From sequence record LC647030.1: a stretch of 64,000 nucleotides of DNA; one strand, 5' to 3'. Every line of letters begins with the position of its first letter. The first letter of the stretch is position 1. This document shows positions 49,569-55,985 of this stretch, in pieces. A model generated the notes under the pieces. It was not told the DNA's origin. It searched no databases and worked only from the letters and a program-made list of their open reading frames with translations. This DNA is from Staphylococcus phage vB_SsapH-Golestan-100. Both the position numbers and the translations under genes were made by a program.

Positions 49569-50971
49569 TGAAACTATATTTAAACAGTAATATCGCAGAA
49601 GGAACACCTGAAGAGTTAGTAACTTATAAAGAACTATTAAAGGAGAGAGGCCTAGACTCTGAGAAGTCATTGTTCCACTTTGGACATATGCATCAACCAA
49701 CTGAAGAGGAAGCGGATGAACAAGAAGTAGATAATTCTGTATATGATAAAGGAGCTTTCTATACAGTAACTGAGGAGGCTGAGGACTCACCATTACCTGT
49801 AGGGGCTATTCTCCAACATCTACACGGTAGAATATTCAGTGACTCTAAAGGACAACAATGTATCATCTCTAGACCATCTTTTGTAGATAGAGGTAATACA
49901 CATTGGTTTGATGATAGTATTAACCAAGACCGTTTTGAACTAGCTAAACAATTAGGTATCCAACTAACGGACACTACAGACCTAGCACAAGCAACTGAAG
50001 GTAAGTACTTCAAAGTAACAGAAGAGCACTCAGACTTAAGTGTAGGAGACCTTGTTACGATTGCTGAGGATGATAGAGATAACCTACCTCAGTGTAAGGA
50101 TAAGCATGGTAACTTCTATTATGTATACCTAGGTGACCTAGAGCTAGTAGAAGATAACTCAGAATCAACTCTAAGCTCTACAGATGAAGCGGAAACCCCT
50201 TCTACAGAACTTAAAGTAGGAGATAGAGTAAAAGTATTAAAGAGTGAAGGAGGAGCTGTAGGAGAGGCTACTGTAACTGCTGTACTAGAAGATGGTGATG
50301 TAAGATTAGAAGGCAAGAGTGATAGTGGTGTGTACTCATATAGATGGAGTAACAATATTTCAAACTTAGAGAAGGTTAAAGAAAAACCTGCATCCTTTGG
50401 GGCAATACAAGCTAAAGCCTACTTAGAGGATAAGTCAATAGACCAAGTAATTGAAGAAGTACAAAGCAAACACAAGCAAGAGTCTGATAATGCAAGAGTA
50501 GAGGAAGAAATCTATGCCTATTATGAAGTTGTAGACCCTGATGTATTTGCTAGTAGTGTAGAGAAAGGGACTGTATTCAAGGTGATAGGAAATACTTATA
50601 CTCTACTAAACCAAGAAGGTAAGGACAGAGAATATATTAACGTAGTTACTTCTACAGGATTGACTCAAACAAGCCCTCTGAGAGATAGTGTGATTAAACC
50701 TATCATTAATGATTCATTCATTGCAGAACGCTTCAAGTTTGCTAAAGAAGTAGGCATTGTGCTTGCAGTAGATACAGACTTTGAGGAAGAGTGTAAAGAC
50801 CACCACTTTAAGGTTACAGAGGAGGAACCACTCTCTAACTTTACCCCTACAGACATTCTAACTGTCCGTAGAGACGATAACACTAATGCTATTGCTTTCC
50901 AAGACCGTAATGGCAAGACACAGTATACACTACTGGTAGATGTAAGAGAGATTGCTAGACCAAGTAAATAA
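49568..50971 (+). CDS. acidic protein (467 aa) with an internal tandem duplication of about 75 aa
   Basis: Segments FELAKQLGIQL...KYFKVTEEHSDLS and FKFAKEVGIVL...HHFKVTEEEPLS align as two copies of one domain. Confidence 0.5.
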   Translation: MKLYLNSNIAEGTPEELVTYKELLKERGLDSEKSLFHFGHMHQPTEEEADEQEVDNSVYDKGAFYTVTEEAEDSPLPVGAILQHLHGRIFSDSKGQQCIISRPSFVDRGNTHWFDDSINQDRFELAKQLGIQLTDTTDLAQATEGKYFKVTEEHSDLSVGDLVTIAEDDRDNLPQCKDKHGNFYYVYLGDLELVEDNSESTLSSTDEAETPSTELKVGDRVKVLKSEGGAVGEATVTAVLEDGDVRLEGKSDSGVYSYRWSNNISNLEKVKEKPASFGAIQAKAYLEDKSIDQVIEEVQSKHKQESDNARVEEEIYAYYEVVDPDVFASSVEKGTVFKVIGNTYTLLNQEGKDREYINVVTSTGLTQTSPLRDSVIKPIINDSFIAERFKFAKEVGIVLAVDTDFEEECKDHHFKVTEEEPLSNFTPTDILTVRRDDNTNAIAFQDRNGKTQYTLLVDVREIARPSK

Positions 50972-50981
50972 ATAACCATCG

Positions 50982-51016
50982 ACCGCTTCTAGATAGATAA
51001 AGAAGCGGTTCTTTTA
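50982..51016 (+). terminator. rho-independent terminator
   Basis: Stem accgcttct/agaagcggt followed by tcttttatgttt. Confidence 0.55.
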
Positions 51017-51018
51017 TG

Positions 51019-51120
51019 TTTGAGTAACATAATTTAAGATGCTGTCATACCAAGGTTTAAGTAAGGTTATTACAAGGCTTAAGTAAGAAAAAATAGAGTA
51101 AATCCTATATTTGAGTAACA
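51019..51120. repeat. two pairs of direct repeats in an intergenic region
   Basis: tttgagtaaca occurs at 51019 and 51110. aagg(t/c)ttaagtaag occurs at 51052 and 51075. Confidence 0.5.
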
Positions 51121-51126
51121 AAGTGT

Positions 51127-51155
51127 TTGACAGCCCCTCTATTATATGTTATCAT
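51127..51155 (+). promoter_or_regulatory. promoter TTGACA-17-TATCAT
   Basis: Read directly from the sequence. Confidence 0.55.
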
Positions 51156-51185
51156 TAGGTATAGTCAATTAGAGGAGGAATTAAT

Positions 51186-51524
51186 ATGAGAATGGTTAGT
51201 ATATATGAGTATTTCAAAGACAAGGAAGGACAACGGTTGAGTGTAGGAGATAATAAAGAGGTACTGTTCAACTCAGTACGTTACCACGGTTCTGAAGAGG
51301 AGTTGGCTTTATACTTTAAGTATAAGGAGTACCCAATAGCAATAAGAGTAGATAAACCTCAAGCAGATTTAAGATTACGATTAAACAAGAAGATAACAGG
51401 GCTACAAAAGGATACCTTTACCCCTGTAGAGAACCTAGACTCAACCTTATTAACCTATCTAGGTAAGTTTGCAGAAGAGATGGAAGAAAAAGTAGAGTAT
51501 AAACTATTTGATTGGAGGAATTAA
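51186..51524 (+). CDS. hypothetical protein (112 aa); paralog of the minus-strand 129-aa ORF at 53367-53756
   Basis: RBS agaggagg. Segment YEYFKDKEGQRLSVGDNKEVLFNSVRYHGSEEELALYFKYK aligns with the 129-aa protein. Confidence 0.5.
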   Translation: MRMVSIYEYFKDKEGQRLSVGDNKEVLFNSVRYHGSEEELALYFKYKEYPIAIRVDKPQADLRLRLNKKITGLQKDTFTPVENLDSTLLTYLGKFAEEMEEKVEYKLFDWRN

Positions 51525-51525
51525 T

Positions 51526-51627
51526 ATGGTTACAGTAGGAGCGTTATTTACAGGATTCTTTGTAGTCCTTGTAATAGGTATAATGATAGCAGGACTCGTT
51601 ACACTAGTAATAGATAACAAGAAGTAA
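51526..51627 (+). CDS. 33-aa hydrophobic peptide with a single TM helix
   Basis: RBS GGAGGA lies 7 nt upstream. The ATG is 1 nt after the upstream stop. The peptide is MVTVGALFTGFFVVLVIGIMIAGLVTLVIDNKK. Confidence 0.35.
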   Translation: MVTVGALFTGFFVVLVIGIMIAGLVTLVIDNKK

Positions 51628-51650
51628 ATAAGAGAAGCGGAGGAGATATA

Positions 51651-51878
51651 ATGAGTTTAGTAACAGTAATAGTATTAACTGTAGTCATAGCCATGTTGTT
51701 AGGCTTAATAGCAAGTAAACTAATATTGTGGTTTGTAGATGCTTGTCAAAGGGATGAGAACAATATAACAGAGATTAGAGTAGTATTAACCCTATTAATA
51801 GTCAGCTTAGGAGTAGACCTAGCCTTTGCTGTTGATGGAGCAGTAAGAATACAAAATAGAATCCTATACTTTTTGTAG
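51651..51878 (+). CDS. small membrane protein (75 aa)
   Basis: RBS ggaggag. Two hydrophobic helices. Confidence 0.45.
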   Translation: MSLVTVIVLTVVIAMLLGLIASKLILWFVDACQRDENNITEIRVVLTLLIVSLGVDLAFAVDGAVRIQNRILYFL

Positions 51879-51885
51879 ATAGAAG

Positions 51886-51912
51886 CGGAGACCTTTACGG
51901 TCTCTTTTTTTT
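51886..51912 (+). terminator. rho-independent terminator
   Basis: Stem gagacc/ggtctc followed by a T8 run. Confidence 0.6.
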
Positions 51913-51960
51913 GTCTATAATAGCTTGACAAATAGGGTGAAGTATGCTTTATTGACAAAG

Positions 51961-52250
51961 GCGTAATAGTGTGGTAGTGGAGGGTAGAGGTTGAATAGTA
52001 GTGACATGGAGGCTGATAGATAGAGTCGAAGTCGGTTAGCGTGCTTGGGGCTTCCTCTATTCTTTTACCATTTGTTTATTTCCTTCCTCTACTATTCCTC
52101 CCTTTGATTGGCTGATTAATTGTTTGGTTGTTTCTCTATTACTCTTCCCTTCCTTACTCCCTATGCTATTGTCCCTCTATTGTTTTCCTACTCCTCCATT
52201 ACTCTACTCCTATATAATAAAAGGCAATAGAGCTATTACCCTACTGCCTT
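51961..52250. other. non-coding strand-asymmetric region, a candidate structured RNA or cis-acting site
   Basis: No ORF of 60 codons or more. Plus strand is C-poor (G/A/T) over 51961-52040 and almost pure C/T over 52050-52215, with degenerate CCTCTAyT repeats. Confidence 0.3.
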
Positions 52251-52283
52251 TATACTTACTATTGTTATTACTATTATTATACT

Positions 52284-53276
52284 CTACATGTTAAGTAACT
52301 TACGAGCCCAATCAGGAGAATTATCACAAAACGCTTTAACTTCTTCTATGTTATTTATAACCCCTTTTTGAATCTTGTAGATATACACAAAGTATTTAGT
52401 TATGAAAGCTTGGAAAGGTTCATACCTATTACCCTCTATAAACTCATACTGCATCTCTTCTGATAATAAATTTATCTCTGTAAAGAATGTATTATACATA
52501 GTATCAAATAAGCAAGGTATATCCTTACTATACTCACTTAGTAATAGTATTCTTTCCTCATGACTTAGCGATACATCAAAATCAATAATACTTTTAATAG
52601 TTTTAGGTAATGAGTCGTAGTCTAGTAGTATAGATAATAGTTCTTTCTTATTAAATATAAGGTTGAGTTTCTTGTATGCGACTATAAAGTCTTCTTTGAC
52701 TACCTTTTTATCTACTAAGTCTTGTAATTTACTGTAATAGTTTTTAATTTGTTTATTCATATTAACCTTAGTAAATGCTGTCTCTAGATTATAAAATTCT
52801 TGTATAGAACTACTCTCTATATTAACACCTAACTTATGTTTAAGCCATTTTGATTCTAGCTCAGATAGTCTACGTTCATAGATAGATTCATCTTTTGTTT
52901 CTATATGGTCTCCATGTATAGAGTCATAGTATACAGCATCAATTATATAAGTATCAGCATTATCAAATCCGTATTTATCTAAGGCTTTTTTAAGTAGTTT
53001 ACCACTACCCTTATACTTTGAATCGGGCTTTCCTTTATGTTTCCCTATATATGCTCTACCTGATTGTTTAAACACTGTTATATAGACATAACCATACATA
53101 TGTTCTGAAAGTTTTTCAGACTGACCTCTTACGCTATGACCAAAAGTAAAAACATAGCTATAATGTTTTAATCTTCCTTTTCTACATTCTGATTGTACAA
53201 TGTTATTTCTAACGTCTCTTACTTGAATTTCACCTAAACCTTCTTGGTATACAAAATTATTTATTTTTTCTGTCAT
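52284..53276 (-). CDS. free-standing GIY-YIG homing endonuclease
   Basis: Segment YGYVYITVFKQSGRAYIGKHKG, then KYGFDNAD and ESKWL, follows an I-TevI-like arrangement. The RBS AGGAG lies 9 nt before the ATG at 53276. Confidence 0.65.
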   Translation of the reverse strand: MTEKINNFVYQEGLGEIQVRDVRNNIVQSECRKGRLKHYSYVFTFGHSVRGQSEKLSEHMYGYVYITVFKQSGRAYIGKHKGKPDSKYKGSGKLLKKALDKYGFDNADTYIIDAVYYDSIHGDHIETKDESIYERRLSELESKWLKHKLGVNIESSSIQEFYNLETAFTKVNMNKQIKNYYSKLQDLVDKKVVKEDFIVAYKKLNLIFNKKELLSILLDYDSLPKTIKSIIDFDVSLSHEERILLLSEYSKDIPCLFDTMYNTFFTEINLLSEEMQYEFIEGNRYEPFQAFITKYFVYIYKIQKGVINNIEEVKAFCDNSPDWARKLLNM

Positions 53277-53306
53277 ATCTTTCATCTCCTTATTTGATAT
53301 ACTACT

Positions 53307-53335
53307 AGTATATAATAAAACTCTATCCAAGTCAA
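53307..53335 (-). promoter_or_regulatory. minus-strand promoter TTGACT-17-TATACT, with the -35 element in the loop of hairpin 53319-53346
   Basis: Read directly from the sequence. Confidence 0.5.
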
Positions 53336-53366
53336 TAGATAGAGTTAAAATAGTTATTTTGTTTTC

Positions 53367-53756
53367 TTACTTGTTATCCCACTCAAAGTCTAGTTCTAAG
53401 TCATTTATCTCTCCTGAGTTAACTTTCTCTATAAACCCTTCTAACTGGTGTTTAATAGCTGTACTGAAAGTAGATATAGGTACTACAATAACCATAGAGG
53501 CCTGAACTTTTTTATCTATTAAGAATTTTAAACAATTATCATCTTCAGTACCTTTTATAGTTATTCTTAAATCCATGCCTTTATAGCTGAACACTAAGTA
53601 TAAGCTCTCATCACTACTTAAATTTCTATGGCTTACATAGGATAGATATACCTCATAACTACCTACTTTTAATCTCATGTTTTCTCTTTCTTGAAAATAG
53701 TCACTGAGCTTACTTATGTTATAATTATCCATATTCTCCTCCTTATTATTTACCAT
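53367..53756 (-). CDS. hypothetical protein (129 aa); paralog of the plus-strand gene 51186-51524
   Basis: RBS ggagga. Confidence 0.5.
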   Translation of the reverse strand: MVNNKEENMDNYNISKLSDYFQERENMRLKVGSYEVYLSYVSHRNLSSDESLYLVFSYKGMDLRITIKGTEDDNCLKFLIDKKVQASMVIVVPISTFSTAIKHQLEGFIEKVNSGEINDLELDFEWDNK

Positions 53757-53944
53757 CGTTCAATAGATACAATATGTTTGGTGTCAATAATAACCTTTTT
53801 ATCTTTACCCCATTTAGTTACTTCTATATAATCATTACCCATAACATCTCTGTATACAGAACCTAACGCTTTGTAACTATTATAATAGGTGTATTTTCTA
53901 TCATCAACAGTTCTTACTGTGTAGTTATATTTTCTACTTATCAT
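53750..53944 (-). CDS. hypothetical small protein (64 aa)
   Basis: ORF in the early-gene block. Confidence 0.35.
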   Translation of the reverse strand: MISRKYNYTVRTVDDRKYTYYNSYKALGSVYRDVMGNDYIEVTKWGKDKKVIIDTKHIVSIERW

Positions 53945-54144
53945 TATAGTTCCTCCTCATCAAACCACATTTCTAATACAGTGTCTGTTTCTGTATCTAT
54001 ATATAAATTTAACTCCCCGTGCATATAATGACTAATTACATCAGAGTCTGAGAACCCTACTTCATGACCGTCCCAATCTGACAACCAATGTAATCTATGA
54101 TAATCTAAATTTTCTAGTGTTATTCCTTGTTCAGTATTTAACAT
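53944..54144 (-). CDS. hypothetical small acidic protein (66 aa)
   Basis: RBS ggaagga. Confidence 0.4.
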   Translation of the reverse strand: MLNTEQGITLENLDYHRLHWLSDWDGHEVGFSDSDVISHYMHGELNLYIDTETDTVLEMWFDEEEL

Positions 54145-54190
54145 TCTTTGACTCTCCTTCCAAGTTAAAAGTTAGTTTCAATTTCTACTA

Positions 54191-54544
54191 TTACCAACTA
54201 ATATGAATAATAGGAACTAAAGTACTATCTGTATAGCCACAGTTAAAGTAATCCTTAGCTATACCCTTCTCTGACCATCTAGGTTTCCTAACTTGTGTCT
54301 GTACTTTAAATCCTAACCTCTTATAGTGAAGCCCAATCTCTTTTAAGTACTCTAGCTTAGATAAAGAAAACTCCGTAGGATAATCTGTTCTTAGGTTCAC
54401 AACAATATAGTCCTTACCTAAGCTACTACTGTTATTAATTAAGTAGTCTATCTTGTTATAGATATATGTTAAATGTTGTTCCTTAGTTATTACTTTAGAA
54501 TCCTTATGCTGTTTTACTTGTTTACGTGCTTTCTTAGCGTTCAT
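54191..54544 (-). CDS. hypothetical protein (117 aa) with a basic N-terminus
   Basis: N-terminus MNAKKARKQVKQHK resembles the N-terminus of the ORF at 59274-59627. Confidence 0.45.
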   Translation of the reverse strand: MNAKKARKQVKQHKDSKVITKEQHLTYIYNKIDYLINNSSSLGKDYIVVNLRTDYPTEFSLSKLEYLKEIGLHYKRLGFKVQTQVRKPRWSEKGIAKDYFNCGYTDSTLVPIIHISW

Positions 54545-54546
54545 CC

Positions 54547-54774
54547 TTATTCCTCCTTATAAATTTTATTTTTAAAAAAGCCTACTACATCCTCAACATC
54601 GAGTACAGATAGAAATGATTTATTTCCTGTAATTCTAAAGCCACTGTCTACGATTCTATTTGCAATGTAATAACCCTCAACCTTTAGTGATGCATATTTA
54701 TTATCTATGTCTCCTAAAAATTCTACTTGAAATCCTAACTGATTTAATTGAACATAAATGTCTGACAAGCTCAT
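54547..54774 (-). CDS. hypothetical protein (75 aa from the internal ATG); possible paralog of the plus-strand 81-aa ORF at 48286
   Basis: RBS GGAGG lies 7 nt before the ATG at 54774. TAATG links its start to the stop of the upstream ORF. Confidence 0.4.
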   Translation of the reverse strand: MSLSDIYVQLNQLGFQVEFLGDIDNKYASLKVEGYYIANRIVDSGFRITGNKSFLSVLDVEDVVGFFKNKIYKEE

Positions 54775-54980
54775 TATAATTCCTCCTTCTCTTTCCTGAT
54801 TGCACTTAGTAGCCAATCAAGATACTTCTCACGTTGAATCTCTTCTATCTTGCTTTCAAACTTATCACGTTCTAGTCCTTGGTTTATTATTCTAGAAGCT
54901 ACTGCTAATCTCTTTGACTCTTCACTTAGATTATCCTTGTAACTGTAAGTAACTAGTGCTTTATCTAAATCTAGTTCCAT
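54774..54980 (-). CDS. hypothetical small protein (68 aa)
   Basis: RBS ggaggag. Confidence 0.4.
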   Translation of the reverse strand: MELDLDKALVTYSYKDNLSEESKRLAVASRIINQGLERDKFESKIEEIQREKYLDWLLSAIRKEKEEL

Positions 54981-54998
54981 ACTATCTCCTCCTTAGTC

Positions 54999-55436
54999 CT
55001 ATTTTAATCTACCTTGCTCTAAACTTACATTAGTATAGTTATTTTTTAAATCTTCGAGAGTCATTCTTTTAGATAAACTATAATTCTCATCTAGTAGTCT
55101 ATAAACTTGATATTCATTTCTTTCTGCATAGTAACTACTCTCTTCTACTACTAAAGTAAACCATTCTCCATATGCTTCGATGTCATCTCCAGGTAGCCAA
55201 TCATTTTCTGTGAGTAGTTCTAAAACTTTAATTAGCATGTCATTATCCGACCAATGCCTTCTACCACCTGTTTCATTTTCTTGACGAGTGATATAACTAT
55301 CATAACCTATGCAAACCTTAACCTTATTGTTAATACCTACTGCTTCTTCATATAAATCTACGTGATTTAGTTCGATACCTTTTTCACTCATAGCTTTTAC
55401 AATTAAACTTAATAATTCTGTTGTGTTATCTACCAT
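54999..55436 (-). CDS. hypothetical protein (145 aa); weak similarity to the plus-strand 140-aa ORF at 48596
   Basis: RBS aggagg. Confidence 0.45.
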   Translation of the reverse strand: MVDNTTELLSLIVKAMSEKGIELNHVDLYEEAVGINNKVKVCIGYDSYITRQENETGGRRHWSDNDMLIKVLELLTENDWLPGDDIEAYGEWFTLVVEESSYYAERNEYQVYRLLDENYSLSKRMTLEDLKNNYTNVSLEQGRLK

Positions 55437-55448
55437 TATAGTTCCTCC

Positions 55449-55646
55449 TTATTTATCTGCTACATATTCATAGAACCCGACTTCTTCTCTGAGCTTAGCT
55501 TCTGATAGTGATTTAGTATGCTCTCTAGAAACATCTTCTCCTTCTACCCATTTTACAAGCTCAATAAGTGCTTCTTCTAAATACGCTCTAGGACAATCTT
55601 CATTCTCCCAGTAGTTAACTCCTTCTTTTTCCCAACTATTACTCAT
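55449..55646 (-). CDS. hypothetical small protein (65 aa)
   Basis: RBS ggaggag. Confidence 0.4.
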   Translation of the reverse strand: MSNSWEKEGVNYWENEDCPRAYLEEALIELVKWVEGEDVSREHTKSLSEAKLREEVGFYEYVADK

Positions 55647-55909
55647 TATAGCTCCTCCTCTATTAGTTCGTAAGTTTTATGAAAAATGTCATAATCACAA
55701 GCATAAAATTCTCCTTCAACACCCTTTATGACATAGCTGTCTTTAGGTACTACCATAGTACCTTCTAGTGTATTTACAACAAGTATATAAGTATCACTTG
55801 ATTCATAAGCTAAGTGTACTGTACCACCACTCCAATCATATAACTCTTGTTTATTATCTCCTTTATATTGCATAACCTCTACTTCTACTGGTTTCTTTCT
55901 AGCTAACAT
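55646..55909 (-). CDS. hypothetical protein (87 aa)
   Basis: RBS gaggagg. Confidence 0.45.
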   Translation of the reverse strand: MLARKKPVEVEVMQYKGDNKQELYDWSGGTVHLAYESSDTYILVVNTLEGTMVVPKDSYVIKGVEGEFYACDYDIFHKTYELIEEEL

Positions 55910-55939
55910 TATAAACCTCCTCTATTAGTTGTTAATATG

Positions 55940-55977
55940 ATTATATAATAAAAAACTACCTATGTCAATAGGTAGTT
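55940..55977 (-). promoter_or_regulatory. composite minus-strand terminator and promoter
   Basis: 10-bp hairpin 55954-55977 followed by a T-run. TTGACA spans the loop and stem (55963-55968). A 17-nt spacer leads to TATAAT at 55940-55945. Confidence 0.55.
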
Positions 55978-55985
55978 TTAGCTTA

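Noticed and set aside
51975-52070. Possible tRNA in the G-rich left arm of the junction region, suggested by the T-loop-like gagtcgaagtcgg and the terminal pairing tagagg/cctcta.
   Set aside because: No canonical acceptor stem, D-arm or anticodon arm could be built by eye, and the T-loop does not match GTTCRANYC. tRNAscan-SE would settle it.
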